From Bacteroidetes bacterium UBA2664 (lineage in GTDB: Bacteria > Bacteroidota > Rhodothermia > Balneolales > Balneolaceae), in contig DEMS01000032.1 of NCBI GenBank assembly GCA_002359315.1, positions 2,438-66,437 on the forward strand: a stretch of 64,000 nucleotides of DNA, read 5' to 3'. The translations under genes and the position numbers were made by a program. Shown piece after piece: positions 48,751 through 59,956 of this stretch; position 1 is the stretch's first letter, and the number at the start of each line of letters is the position of its first letter. The notes under the pieces are model-generated. The model did no database searches. It was not told the origin of the DNA and saw nothing but the letters and a program-made list of their open reading frames with translations.

Positions 48751-50388
48751 ATGAAAGAACTGGAACTGGACATAGCGGGCATGACGTGTGATCATTGCGC
48801 CGTGTCTATTGAAAATAATCTATCCAAACTAAACGGAATACAGAAGGCGGATGTAAGCTACCCCAACGGAACGGCTACGGTATCATTTGATGAATCCACC
48901 CTTGATAAAGCTTCAGTGATTGAAGCCGTAAATGAGACGGGTAAGTATCAGGTAGTTGGCGAAACCGGAAAAGAGCAGTCTGGTGAACACCGTTACTCGT
49001 TGATTATTATCGGGGGCGGTTCGGCTGCTTTTGCTGCGGCTATCCGAACCAGTGAATTGGGAGGAACCGCACTGATTATCAATAAAGGTCTGCCAACCGG
49101 TGGAACCTGTGTAAATGTGGGGTGCGTGCCTTCCAAAACACTGATCCGAACAGCAGAAGCCTTTCACAATGCTTCCCATCCGAGATTTGAAGGGATTGAA
49201 ACCACGGCAACCATTAGTGATTTCAAAAAAGTGATTGAGCAAAAACGGGAGATGGTTCGTGATCTTCGCCAGGAAAAATATGTGAATGTGATAAAGGATG
49301 ATCCAAGCATCACCCTTATTGAGGGGTACGGAAAGTTAATTCAAACAAATCAGGTTCAGGTAAATAATTCAACCTATACCGCCGAAAACATTTTGATTGC
49401 CACAGGAGCTTCCCCGTTTATTCCTGAAATACCAGGACTGAAAGGAGCGGGATATCTGACCAATGAGTCGGCCTATGAACTTGAGGAACTTCCGGAAGAG
49501 CTCGTCATACTTGGCGGCGGATATATTGCTCTTGAAAATGCTCAACTCTTTAGTCGGCTTGGAAGCAAGGTGACTGTATTACAGCGATCAGAACATGTAT
49601 TAAGTGATCAACCCAAAGAGCTTGCAACAGCCTTAACGGGATATTTGGAAGAGGAAGGATTAACCATTTTGACGAATACAGACATTCTGGAAGTAACGAA
49701 AACAGATAAAAATAGAAGCATCCGTTTTACGGTAAATGGAGAGGAAAAAAAACTTGAAGCTGATCAGATATTGGTCGCTACCGGCAGGCAGGGAAATACA
49801 GGGAACCTGAATCTTGAATCCGCAGGGATTGACACCGAAGGTCGCGGCTATATTCCAGTGGATGAAACCATGCGAACCAATACATCCAACATCTTTGCCG
49901 CCGGCGATGTACTTGGCGAACGGCAGTTTGTATATACGGCTGCTTATGAAGGAAAAATCGCTGCTGAAAATGCGATGAGAGATAGTCATGGAAAAGCCGA
50001 TTTTTCAGTCTTACCATGGGTTATTTTCACTGATCCACAGGTGGCCGGAGTGGGTATGGACGAACAGCAAGCGGAAGAAGCGGGACTTAACTATCAAGCA
50101 ACTAAACTTACGCTGGATAATGTACCCCGATCCATTGCTGCGAGAGATACACGTGGTTTTATCAAGTTAATCCGAAACAAAGATAATGACCACTTGATTG
50201 GAGCTCGCATTTTGGCACCGGAGGGCTCGGAACTATTGATGGAACTGGCTCTGGCTATGAGGCATGGGGTAACCATTCAGTCGCTCAAGTCAGAATTTCA
50301 TCCCTATCTGACCCTTTCTGAAGGAATTAAACTTGCGGCTCTCACTTTCGACAAAGACGTGAAGAAATTGAGCTGCTGTGCGGTTTAA
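48751..50388 (+). CDS. merA: Mercuric reductase
   Basis: GMTCDHC N-terminal HMA, GGTCVNVGCVPSK, C-terminal CCAV; start placed at MKELEL. Confidence 0.95.
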   Translation: MKELELDIAGMTCDHCAVSIENNLSKLNGIQKADVSYPNGTATVSFDESTLDKASVIEAVNETGKYQVVGETGKEQSGEHRYSLIIIGGGSAAFAAAIRTSELGGTALIINKGLPTGGTCVNVGCVPSKTLIRTAEAFHNASHPRFEGIETTATISDFKKVIEQKREMVRDLRQEKYVNVIKDDPSITLIEGYGKLIQTNQVQVNNSTYTAENILIATGASPFIPEIPGLKGAGYLTNESAYELEELPEELVILGGGYIALENAQLFSRLGSKVTVLQRSEHVLSDQPKELATALTGYLEEEGLTILTNTDILEVTKTDKNRSIRFTVNGEEKKLEADQILVATGRQGNTGNLNLESAGIDTEGRGYIPVDETMRTNTSNIFAAGDVLGERQFVYTAAYEGKIAAENAMRDSHGKADFSVLPWVIFTDPQVAGVGMDEQQAEEAGLNYQATKLTLDNVPRSIAARDTRGFIKLIRNKDNDHLIGARILAPEGSELLMELALAMRHGVTIQSLKSEFHPYLTLSEGIKLAALTFDKDVKKLSCCAV

Positions 50389-50407
50389 AAGAGTATCAAT
50401 AACCGTT

Positions 50408-51286
50408 TCACTCAATCAAAGATGAAGTTCCCTCATCCAGCTCCACTTCAATCGTGCTGTGGCTGAAGTTGTAAGGTTTAAGAATATCACGAATTTTCTT
50501 TTTGGCTTCCAGAATGTCTGAATAGCTTTCTACATTTTTAAGAATGAGGTGAGCAGTAAACACATGCTTTTCTCCATCCAGCGACCATAAGTGCAGGTGA
50601 TTGGTATCGGCCACTATATCTTGCTCGAGGAATTTTTCTCGCAGTTCATCAATGCTTATATCATCCGGAGTTCCCTGTAAGAAAATGTGTAGGGTTTCCT
50701 TCAATCGTTTTACCACATTCCAAAGTACATAGGCAGTAATAAAGAGAGACAGTGCAGGATCTAAATAATGAATGTCTTTGAAAAGTAATACAATAGACAC
50801 TACAAGAACGGCGGCCCAACCCAATACATCTTCCAACAGGTGCCAGGAAATAACTCGTTCATTAAGGGTTTTGCCATGACTCACCTTCCATGCAGCGTAC
50901 CCATTCACTGCCACCCCCACGATGGCAAAAAGAAGCATTCCCTGAGCATCGGTATGTTCCGGCGATAAAATTCTGGCAACCGCTTCATTGATCACAAAGA
51001 CAGATCCAGCGATCAGTACCAAGCTGTTAATCAAAGCACCAAGCAGCGAGAACCGGGTATAACCAAAGGTGAAGGATGAATTTGCTCCTTCTTTAGATTT
51101 ATGATCCAAAAACCAGGAGAGTCCTAAGGATAGACTATCTCCCAAATCGTGCAGGGCATCGGAGATAATGGCCACACTGTTTACATACATACCTCCAAAA
51201 AATTCAAGAATGGTGAATCCAAAATTGAGAAAAAAGGCGAGTTTGATGTTTCCATGCTCGTGTTCGTGTGAATGATCGTGTGACAT
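50408..51286 (-). CDS. Cation diffusion facilitator (CzcD-like)
   Basis: His-rich N-terminus, SDALHD, HLLED, HSTIE. Confidence 0.92.
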   Translation of the reverse strand: MSHDHSHEHEHGNIKLAFFLNFGFTILEFFGGMYVNSVAIISDALHDLGDSLSLGLSWFLDHKSKEGANSSFTFGYTRFSLLGALINSLVLIAGSVFVINEAVARILSPEHTDAQGMLLFAIVGVAVNGYAAWKVSHGKTLNERVISWHLLEDVLGWAAVLVVSIVLLFKDIHYLDPALSLFITAYVLWNVVKRLKETLHIFLQGTPDDISIDELREKFLEQDIVADTNHLHLWSLDGEKHVFTAHLILKNVESYSDILEAKKKIRDILKPYNFSHSTIEVELDEGTSSLIE

Positions 51287-51322
51287 GTTGGTTGGGGTTT
51301 ATTTTTTGTCAATAAGAATTTT

Positions 51323-52302
51323 TCATGATTTTGTGATTTCCGAAACTCTGCTATCTCTGATTTTCAGTAATAATTGAGATATCAAAGCCAGCACCGGTAA
51401 TTCTATCAAAGGCCCAACGATTAAAGCCAGAGCTACCAGCGGACTGTTGGGGAAAGCCGTAAGAGCTATCGCTAATGCAATGGGTGAATTTCTTGCAAGT
51501 GTGGTAAGGTTCAAGCTGACTGAATCTTCATAATCAAAATGGAGCAGATAACTTGTAAAGCGACTCACCAGGAAATTTATGGCGAAAAATATCATTAGGG
51601 GGATCAGCAGAATAAGAACAGTTTCGATGTTTTGAAGAAGGTAATCACCCTGAGATGCAAACATAGCCATGATCGCTAACCCAAGAAATAGTACCTGAGA
51701 TAGCTAAAAAAAAGGCAGCAGCTTGGTTTCAAGAAATACGGATTGCTTGAACCTGTGGAGCAGATATTTTGTGACTTGCGCTGCAACAAAGGGTACGATC
51801 AACACAAGGCCGATACTTTCAAACAGAAATGCCGGGTTCACCGAACCGGATGCACCAAAAAAGAGTAGTAAAAACACGGGTAATAAAATCACCTGTAAAA
51901 TCAGGTTCAGAGGAAGCACAGAGGCACTAAGCGTCGTATTTCCTTTTGCAATACCGGTAAAAATCAGGTACCAATCCGTACAGGGGGGGTTATCATCAAC
52001 ATGACAAAACCTATCCAAAGGCTTAGGTGATCCTGAAGAAACAGGTAGCCCAGTACCCAGGCAAAAAAGGGTGTCCAGAGAAAATTGATGGCCAGGTTTG
52101 CTGAAAAGAATTTTAAATTGGAAAAGCTCTTCAGCAGATCGTTGATCGGGATGTTAAGAAATAGCCCAAATAGCATGAGCATTAAAAAAGGGACGATCAC
52201 ATATCCGGCAACCGATGCCACTGTTTCCACCTGCCCAGCCAGCAAACCTGCAATGACTGCCAGCGCTATAATAAGTGACTGATATCTGTTAATCGAATTC
52301 AT
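51323..52302 (-). pseudogene. acr3: Disrupted Acr3-like arsenite/bile-acid-family transporter
   Basis: Three pieces (PCTDWY, ARNSP, GPLIELP); frameshift at G7 run 51983-51989 and in-frame TAG at 51704-51706. Confidence 0.8.
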
Positions 52303-52416
52303 ACTAATATACTCCGCTCATTTCCAGAAGTCCTGTCGTGAGAACGCCGAAATTGATCGAAAAGATAAAAGATGGTTTTTCATCGTCTTTTGTCGTTAAT
52401 TTAGTCTCATAATCTT

Positions 52417-53211
52417 TTATTTCGAGAGTTTCAAAATTCTTACTGCTCCTCTCATGACAAAACTAAACACAATAGCTCCGATGAGCAGATCCGGCCACCT
52501 GCTATCCAGTGCATAAACAAGAATTCCGGCCAAAATTACACCACCATTTACAATAATATCATTGGAGGTAAAAATTGTGCTTGCCTGCATGTGTGCTTCT
52601 TTGCTTTTCGCTTTATTGATAAGCCATAAGCAAAAAACATTTGCAACAAGAGCCGTTGAAGCAATAATGATCATCCAATGAAAGTCGGGCATTTCACCCA
52701 CTCCAAGAAACCTCCGCAGTACTTCAAGAAATCCCAGTGATGCCAGACCCATCTGAAGATAGCCGCTAATTTTTGCTACTTTCTTTTTTCTTGCTACCGC
52801 TGCTCCAACAGCAAAAAGGCTGAGCGCATATACGGATGAATCTGCCAGCATATCTAGTGAGTCTGCAATCAGCCCCATAGAATTGATAATCCATCCGGCT
52901 GTCATTTCAATGATAAAGAAGAGAAAGTTGATCCCTAAAACCCACCATAGAATGTTCTTTTGTTGCTGCTCATCAGAAGCGAAAGGCGACATTTGAGCCT
53001 CTTTTGTTGAATTCAATTTAGAACCCAAACTCAGGGAGTCAAGGGCTTTCTCAATCTCATTAAGCCTATTTTCGTGATACACTTCTAATGTACGATTCGG
53101 GATATCAAAGTTTAGAGATTTAATATCTTCAAACTCTTCCAACCTCATTCGAATCATTTGCTCTTCGGCTGAGCAGTCCATTTGTGGAATATTAAATGTG
53201 GATTTTTTCAT
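52417..53211 (-). CDS. CDF-family cation transporter with N-terminal HMA-like domain
   Basis: MDCSAEE, ADSLDMLAD, ND..VN, PDL. Confidence 0.85.
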   Translation of the reverse strand: MKKSTFNIPQMDCSAEEQMIRMRLEEFEDIKSLNFDIPNRTLEVYHENRLNEIEKALDSLSLGSKLNSTKEAQMSPFASDEQQQKNILWWVLGINFLFFIIEMTAGWIINSMGLIADSLDMLADSSVYALSLFAVGAAVARKKKVAKISGYLQMGLASLGFLEVLRRFLGVGEMPDFHWMIIIASTALVANVFCLWLINKAKSKEAHMQASTIFTSNDIIVNGGVILAGILVYALDSRWPDLLIGAIVFSFVMRGAVRILKLSK

Positions 53212-53272
53212 GGTTGAATATATGGGATTATTTTCATCTTCAACTTAACTGTGACAAAGAATCACCTGTTCC

Positions 53273-53602
53273 TTACCCCTCAAAAGGCTCACAGGTTTTA
53301 ATCCTAAACGCTTTTTGAATATCTGTAACGTAAATGATGCCGTCACCGCGTTCCGGTGTTTTGGCATTGGCGCAGATAAGTTGAACAACGTTATCGGATT
53401 CTTTGCATTGACATACCAGCTCTAATTTTACGACTGGACTGTCCGTAAAGTGAAAATCCAATGATGGAGAAGCATCTTTTTGTTTGTATGCACCGGTACC
53501 TTCACCTTTGGAAAGCGTAACACTTTCATGGCCTGCTTCTTGGAGTGCTGCAACTACTTTTTCTACTCTGCCTGGTTTTATAAAGGCTTTTATTTCTTTC
53601 AT
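53273..53602 (-). CDS. P-II-like protein associated with metal efflux
   Basis: MKEIKAFIKP, KLELV, GDGIIYV. Confidence 0.85.
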   Translation of the reverse strand: MKEIKAFIKPGRVEKVVAALQEAGHESVTLSKGEGTGAYKQKDASPSLDFHFTDSPVVKLELVCQCKESDNVVQLICANAKTPERGDGIIYVTDIQKAFRIKTCEPFEG

Positions 53603-53674
53603 AATACTGTGGTTTATGTATTAATCCTGCAAAGAGAAGAATATGTAAATATGGCTTTGCAGGAATAGTTTTTG

Positions 53675-54874
53675 TTAATCATCGTCCGAAGTCTGGCTTT
53701 TCTTCATTTCAGAAATCAGGTAATAGGCATTGTTCCAAGCTACTTGTGCTCCATCCGGCAATGGTTCTAACAACTTCACTTCAACCCAACCATCTTCCTC
53801 AATGCCGGTCATAATTTCTACCGGAGTGAAAGACCATTCGGTATTTCCGTTTTCCTCTTGTTGTTCTGCGGTGAATAGGTAGGTTTTACCCTCGTCCTCA
53901 ACAATGGCATTCTCAGGCAAAGCAAAGGCTTTAGTCTCTGAAGTGTGAATCGTGCCGTTGATATACATCCCGGGAATCAGGAAACTTGCCTTCTGATCAA
54001 TTTCGGCGTGCACATGCACTGCCCTTGGATTTTGTTCGAATTGTTTGCCTACAGAGTAAATGGTAGCTGTAAGTATTTGATCCGGTACTGACTGTACAGT
54101 AAAAGAGATGGATTGGCCCCTTTTAACTTTGTGCACATCTTTTTCAAAGACCATCAAATCGGCATGAACATGTTCGTTATCCACAATTTCAAACATGATT
54201 GTTTGGGGATCAACGTACTGACCGATTTGAATCTGAACCTTTTCGATGTACCCATCAATAGGGCTTACTACCGGCACCGACGAATAAATATCGCCGTCTT
54301 GTATTTGTTCAACGTCCAGGTTAAGCTGATTCAGCTGAGCCTCATAACCTTTGACCTCCGCCTTAACTGATTCGTATTCGGCTTTAGTTTGTTGGTAAGT
54401 TTGGCCGGAGCCTACCTTTTCATCATATAACCTTGCTTGTCGCTTAAATTCATGATCTAAATACAACATGCGCTGATACAACCGTACGTATTCAGTTTGG
54501 ACTTTGGTTAAATTAGGATGGGAAAGGAAGGCAATAGTCTGATTTTTTGACACCTGATCTCCCTCAATAACTTCTATGGAACCAATATTACCTCCCAAAA
54601 CCGCAGTTACGCTTGCCTCATGCTGCGGGGGAACTTCCAGCTGACCATTTGCTTCTACGCTCTCTGAGAGAAAGCGCAGGGACAAAGTATCCAGTTTCAT
54701 TCCAAGGCTGTTGAACTTCAGTTCCGACAGATGAACCATGTTTTCTTCTGCCTCAGCCACACCGGCAAGTTCTGTTGCTTCTTGTTCTTTTTCATCGCTA
54801 TTGATCTCGCCGCAGGCTGTAAAAACAGATGCAAGGACAGCCAATAAAATTATATATAAATTAGATTTATTCAT
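53675..54874 (-). CDS. czcB: RND periplasmic adaptor (CzcB/CusB-like) lipoprotein
   Basis: Lipobox FTAC; SPIDG, VFEKD, PGMY. Confidence 0.88.
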   Translation of the reverse strand: MNKSNLYIILLAVLASVFTACGEINSDEKEQEATELAGVAEAEENMVHLSELKFNSLGMKLDTLSLRFLSESVEANGQLEVPPQHEASVTAVLGGNIGSIEVIEGDQVSKNQTIAFLSHPNLTKVQTEYVRLYQRMLYLDHEFKRQARLYDEKVGSGQTYQQTKAEYESVKAEVKGYEAQLNQLNLDVEQIQDGDIYSSVPVVSPIDGYIEKVQIQIGQYVDPQTIMFEIVDNEHVHADLMVFEKDVHKVKRGQSISFTVQSVPDQILTATIYSVGKQFEQNPRAVHVHAEIDQKASFLIPGMYINGTIHTSETKAFALPENAIVEDEGKTYLFTAEQQEENGNTEWSFTPVEIMTGIEEDGWVEVKLLEPLPDGAQVAWNNAYYLISEMKKSQTSDDD

Positions 54875-54896
54875 TTTTTTGTTGATTTAAAATCTG

Positions 54897-57800
54897 TTAT
54901 TGAGTTTTGTTGAGGTAGTATTCTAATTGGAAATGGCTATTCAGATAATTGCCAAATGCATTCCATGAGTCGATTTCAATGCGAATGGCATCTCTGATGC
55001 TTTGAAAGAAAGCCACATAGTCTATGGCTCCTTCTTCATAAGAGGTGATGGCACCTTGCTGTTGTTCTTTGGCAAGAGGGAGTGCTTCCTGTCGATAATA
55101 TTCCCACGAGCGCAACCATTTCTGATAATTTTCCCGGATACTGTTATAGGTACTGTTGAATTCTCTCTGAGCCTGGTCTAGGTTTTGACGGGCAATATTT
55201 CGTTCAATCCGGGCGGATTGAGTTTTCCCGGCCTTAGACCAGAAGAATACCGGAAGTCTGATCCCGATCTCATAGGAATTAAAGCCACCTTGCCCAGCTA
55301 TTTCCTGCCAGCCATAACTGGCTTGAAAACTTGGTAAAAACTGACTTCTTTGTTCTTTAATCGATGCTTCCGCCACGTCAATTTTTTGTTGATATAAAGC
55401 AATCAGCGGGTGGCCGAATGTAGAATCTGCCTGTAAAGGCTGTACAAGCTGTTCGGCTGAAACACTTTGAACCGTGTATAACGAGTCCCCCTCAAACCAT
55501 TTGTTAAAAGCTCGAACAGCAGCCCCATAATCGCGGAAGGCTTGTTCTGTTTGTATGGTAATTTGGTTGGCCTGATTCATGATATTAAGATATCCCAGCC
55601 GGGAAATTTCCTCCGTTTCAAATTTTATTTCCGCAGCCCTAGCAATATCCCTGAATTGCTGGTTCAGGCGATTATAGATCTCATATTGTTGTTTAGCGAT
55701 GAAAACCGTTGACCAGTCCTGCTTTACCCGGAGCCTGAGCTCTAACTCAGACAATTCATAGTTCAGCCTGGCAAGTTCTGTTTGTTCATTCCGATGATTT
55801 AGCCTTGGCAAAACACCGAACAGATCAAACTGCTGCTGAATGCCAAATTTTGTAGTAACACCGTCCGAACCGTTGCCGAACTCTTCACCTCCGGTAAAGA
55901 GGTTCGTATCGCCAAAGTCCCAGGCTGTTTTTTGAAGAGCCTTCCTGTTGTCAATTCCAAGCCTGGCTGCCTCAAGAGAAGGATAATTTGCTATCGCTTT
56001 TTGAACGGCCTGATCCAGCGCAATTTGCGGGAGGGTATCATTCAGCACCTGTTCCTGAGCCTGTACAGAATCGGGAGAAAGCAGCAGGCTTCCACCAATA
56101 ATCAGCAACACAACGGAGGCCATAGAAGTACTACCCGGCTTGTGTTTTCTCATTTTACGCTTTTCTATGTACGCATAAAGGATGGGCAGCACGACCAACG
56201 TAAGCAGCGTGGCGCTAATCAACCCGCCGATTACAACAGTGGCCAGCGGCCGCTGTACTTCAGCACCGGCTGTTGTTGAAAACGCCATCGGAAGAAAACC
56301 CATAATAGCCGCCGTAGCGGTCAATAAAATGGGGCGAAGTCGCTCTTTGGTACCTGTCAAAATTCGTTCTTGTAAATCCATAACACCTTCGATTTTTAAT
56401 GAATTAAACCGGCTGACGAGCACAAGGCCGTTTAGCACAGCCACTCCGAACAATACAATGAAACCAACTCCGGCAGAAATACTGAAGTCCATTCCACGTA
56501 AAGCCAGGAAGAAGACACCTCCAATAGAAGCCAGGGGAATAGCCAGATAGATCATTACCGACTGTGAGAACGATTTTAGTGCGAAGTACAGCAGCACAAA
56601 GATAAGAAACAGGGCTATAGGCACTACAATAGCCAATCGGTTCTTGGCCCGTTGCAGATTCTCAAATTCACCCCCATAAGTAATGTAATAACCCGGCGGC
56701 AGATTCAATTCGGCCTCCAGTTTTTCTTGAATATCCAAAACCACCGATTCCACATCCCGCCCGCGTGTATTCACACCAACATAGCTCCTGCGAAAGGTGT
56801 TATCTCGCGAGATCTGCATAGGCCCCGGCTGATAACTGATATCCGCCACTTCTTTAACCGGCACCTGTGCACCGTTTTCCAGATCTACATACAGATTGCG
56901 AATATCCTCAATGCCAGTACGATGAGCTTCATCAAAGCGGATCACAAGATCAAATCGTCTTTCGCCTTCGAATACAACTCCAGCAACACCTCCGGCAAAA
57001 GCTGAACTTACGTATTGATTGAGCTTCGTGATATCCAGTCCATATTGAGCCACTTTTTGCCGGTCATACCTAACGGTCATTTGAGGTAGTCCAGCCGTAC
57101 GTTCGGGACTCACATCACCCACCCCTGGAATAGTTTGAATAATTTGAGCCATTTCCTGAACTTTCTCCGCCAATACATCTATGTCGTCTCCGTATAGCTT
57201 TACGGCGATATCTTCTCGTACACCTTCCAAAAGTTCGTTAAACCTAAGCTCTACCGGCTGGGTAAAAACGAAATTCACACCTATCATGGTCTGATCGAGT
57301 TTACTCTTTATTTTTTCTATCAGCTCCTCTTTAGATTCGGCAGAGATCCAGTTTTCTTTATTCTTGTCCAGAATGATGTACATGTCGGCAATGTCCATGG
57401 GCATAGGATCAGTGGGAATATCAGCTACCCCAATTCGAGCTGTTACTGTTTCTATCTCTGGAAATTCTTCCAGCAGTGTCGTCTCAATTTTCTTGGATTG
57501 ATCGATCGCCTCTGATAATCCACTGCCCGGACGGAATAGGGCTTGCATGGCAATATCTCCCTCATCCAGTTGTGGAATAAATTCACCTCCCATTCTCGAA
57601 AAGGTGAACATCGCACCGCCAAAAAGCAGTATGGCAGCTACAATCACAACAGGTTTTCGCTTTAACGACCATTGGATAACCGGATCGTAGCCCTTCTGAA
57701 TAAAGGATATAAGTTTGTTGCTGACCCGATCGAGGCCTCGCTCGAACCGGGCAAACCATCCCTTTCTATTTTGTGAGGGTTTCATAAACAGTGCCGAGAC

Positions 57801-59297
57801 CATTGGTACATAGGTAAGACATAAAATAATAGCACCTAATACAGCAAACCCAAAGGTGAATGCCATAGGACGGAACATCTTACCTTCTACTCCTTCCAGA
57901 AACAGGATAGGGGCAAATACAATAAGGATGATCAACTGTCCAAAGAAGGCAGCATTCATCATGGTGCTGCTTGCCTTGTAGGCAATTTCATTCATCTGTG
58001 TTTTACTAAAAGCACGTTTTCCGGATTTCACCCTTTTTTCAATTTCATGAACCGTGCCTTCCACTATAATTACGGCTCCATCAACAATAATACCGAAGTC
58101 GATGGCTCCAAGGCTCATTAGATTGGCCCACACCCCGGTGGCCTTCATCATTATAAAAGCAAAAAGAAGGGAAAGCGGAATAAGTGAGGCGGTTATTAAC
58201 CCTCCGCGTAAACTTCCTAAGAGTATTACCAAAACGAAAACTACAATCAATGCACCTTCCACCAGGTTTGTGGTAACTGTACTGGTGGTTCGTTCAATAA
58301 GAGCACTTCGATCAAGGAAAGGCTCAATCTTTAAACCTTCAGGCAGTGACTTTTGAATTTCAGCAATTCTATCCTGAACGTTTTGAATGGTTGCATTCGG
58401 GTTTGAGCCTTTCAGCATCATAATAATGCCACCTACTGCTTCCTCACCATCCTGAGTAAAAGCTCCATAACGAATTTGAGTTCCAAAGGTAACCTCTTCT
58501 GCTACATCTCTGATTAGGATGGGTAGTCCGTTTTCGTTCTTGACTACAATGTTTTCTATATCTTCAAGGCTGCGTATCAATCCTTCGCCACGAATAAAAT
58601 TAGCCATCTTGTTTTTCTCGATATAGGCCCCGCCGGTATTTACATTATTCCTGGACATTGCCTCATATACTTCTGAAATACTAACTCCCATTGCATTTAG
58701 TTTATCAGGACTTATGGCTACTTCATATTGTTTGATGCCTCCACCGAAGGAGTTGACCTCTATAACCCCCTCCAGGAGCACCATTTGGCGCTTAATAATC
58801 CAATCTTGTATTGTGCGCAATTCATCAGGCGTATATTCATCTTCATATGCAGGGTCCACCTGAATGGAGTACTCGTAAATTTGGCCTAATCCACTTGAAA
58901 TGGGACCCATGGATGGACTTCCAAAATTCTCGGGGATCGTTTCGCCCAGTTCACTGAGTTTTTCCTGTACCAGTTGCCGGGGTAAATAGGTACCCATATC
59001 ATCTTCGAAAACGATGGTAACCACGGATAACCCGAATCGGGATACCGAACGGATTTCAGTTACTCCTGGCAGGTTACCCATGGCAAGCTCCACGGGATAC
59101 GTTACAAATTGTTCAATGTCTTCGGTAGATAGATTTTCCGATACCGTAATCACCTGTACCTGATTATTTGTAATATCAGGAACCGAACCTAGATTAATGG
59201 TCATCATAGAATATAATCCTACTCCTATTAGAGACAGGATAAACAAGCCGATGATAAACTTGTTCTTAATCGAAAAGGCAATAATTTTGTTGATCAT
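54897..59297 (-). CDS. czcA: CzcA/CusA heavy-metal RND pump fused to a TolC-like domain
   Basis: PDITNNQVQ, GAIDFGIIVD, RLRPILLT, then ~400-aa outer-membrane-factor extension; start placed at MINKII. Confidence 0.93.
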   Translation of the reverse strand: MINKIIAFSIKNKFIIGLFILSLIGVGLYSMMTINLGSVPDITNNQVQVITVSENLSTEDIEQFVTYPVELAMGNLPGVTEIRSVSRFGLSVVTIVFEDDMGTYLPRQLVQEKLSELGETIPENFGSPSMGPISSGLGQIYEYSIQVDPAYEDEYTPDELRTIQDWIIKRQMVLLEGVIEVNSFGGGIKQYEVAISPDKLNAMGVSISEVYEAMSRNNVNTGGAYIEKNKMANFIRGEGLIRSLEDIENIVVKNENGLPILIRDVAEEVTFGTQIRYGAFTQDGEEAVGGIIMMLKGSNPNATIQNVQDRIAEIQKSLPEGLKIEPFLDRSALIERTTSTVTTNLVEGALIVVFVLVILLGSLRGGLITASLIPLSLLFAFIMMKATGVWANLMSLGAIDFGIIVDGAVIIVEGTVHEIEKRVKSGKRAFSKTQMNEIAYKASSTMMNAAFFGQLIILIVFAPILFLEGVEGKMFRPMAFTFGFAVLGAIILCLTYVPMVSALFMKPSQNRKGWFARFERGLDRVSNKLISFIQKGYDPVIQWSLKRKPVVIVAAILLFGGAMFTFSRMGGEFIPQLDEGDIAMQALFRPGSGLSEAIDQSKKIETTLLEEFPEIETVTARIGVADIPTDPMPMDIADMYIILDKNKENWISAESKEELIEKIKSKLDQTMIGVNFVFTQPVELRFNELLEGVREDIAVKLYGDDIDVLAEKVQEMAQIIQTIPGVGDVSPERTAGLPQMTVRYDRQKVAQYGLDITKLNQYVSSAFAGGVAGVVFEGERRFDLVIRFDEAHRTGIEDIRNLYVDLENGAQVPVKEVADISYQPGPMQISRDNTFRRSYVGVNTRGRDVESVVLDIQEKLEAELNLPPGYYITYGGEFENLQRAKNRLAIVVPIALFLIFVLLYFALKSFSQSVMIYLAIPLASIGGVFFLALRGMDFSISAGVGFIVLFGVAVLNGLVLVSRFNSLKIEGVMDLQERILTGTKERLRPILLTATAAIMGFLPMAFSTTAGAEVQRPLATVVIGGLISATLLTLVVLPILYAYIEKRKMRKHKPGSTSMASVVLLIIGGSLLLSPDSVQAQEQVLNDTLPQIALDQAVQKAIANYPSLEAARLGIDNRKALQKTAWDFGDTNLFTGGEEFGNGSDGVTTKFGIQQQFDLFGVLPRLNHRNEQTELARLNYELSELELRLRVKQDWSTVFIAKQQYEIYNRLNQQFRDIARAAEIKFETEEISRLGYLNIMNQANQITIQTEQAFRDYGAAVRAFNKWFEGDSLYTVQSVSAEQLVQPLQADSTFGHPLIALYQQKIDVAEASIKEQRSQFLPSFQASYGWQEIAGQGGFNSYEIGIRLPVFFWSKAGKTQSARIERNIARQNLDQAQREFNSTYNSIRENYQKWLRSWEYYRQEALPLAKEQQQGAITSYEEGAIDYVAFFQSIRDAIRIEIDSWNAFGNYLNSHFQLEYYLNKTQ

Positions 59298-59447
59298 GTT
59301 GACAGCTGTGTGAATATAGATTAGTCTTTGATGCCGATCTTTTTCAAATACTTTGGCTGAAACCACAGAATGACCAGAGGTTAAACAGCTCGTTGAAAAA
59401 AATGGATGGGGCAGAATTTGTTTCTGCTAAATAGAGAAAGGCAGGTA

Positions 59448-59879
59448 TTAAATCAGAAGTTGCGTGACTTTAATAACCTTAAGAGTTATTGGAGGGGATA
59501 AATTGTCTTTTAGATATACAGGTAACGTAATTTGAACAACAGGGTCACCATAGTTCCCAAACAAATAAGGAATGATTGGAAACATAAACTTACAGTCCGG
59601 GCACTCATTTCTTAACAGTGCATCATCATAGCAGCACTGATTTTGAAATTGATGGTGCTTTTTTTCAACTGTTTTGTACTCAGAATTAGTCTCTTCTGAA
59701 TGTTGTAATACAATTTCAAAACAGCCTTTATCTAAGTTATAGGTAGAGGAAACATCATGAGTACTTGCTAATACAGAAACACTTAAGGGTAGAAAAAAGA
59801 AAAACCCTGCCCATGAAAAAAGAAAAGATGCGATTGTCGCAACATTCAGATTACGTAAGTATGCTCTGAAAAAATACAA
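59448..59879 (-). CDS. Hypothetical His/Cys-containing protein upstream of czcA (paralog of 61952..62392)
   Basis: Shared LP.S/K...GCFE.V..H, CC.DD, PP...T.LLI pattern. Confidence 0.55.
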   Translation of the reverse strand: MYFFRAYLRNLNVATIASFLFSWAGFFFFLPLSVSVLASTHDVSSTYNLDKGCFEIVLQHSEETNSEYKTVEKKHHQFQNQCCYDDALLRNECPDCKFMFPIIPYLFGNYGDPVVQITLPVYLKDNLSPPITLKVIKVTQLLI

Positions 59880-59956
59880 TTCTTTAAGGGGAAATATTGT
59901 GATTAAGTAGAATGCTGATGATAAGGATTATTTGTAATGCAACTCAATTGCAAAGA

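Noticed and set aside
51704-51706. Amber readthrough/recoding in acr3
   Set aside because: An upstream frameshift already breaks the gene; no evidence of recoding machinery
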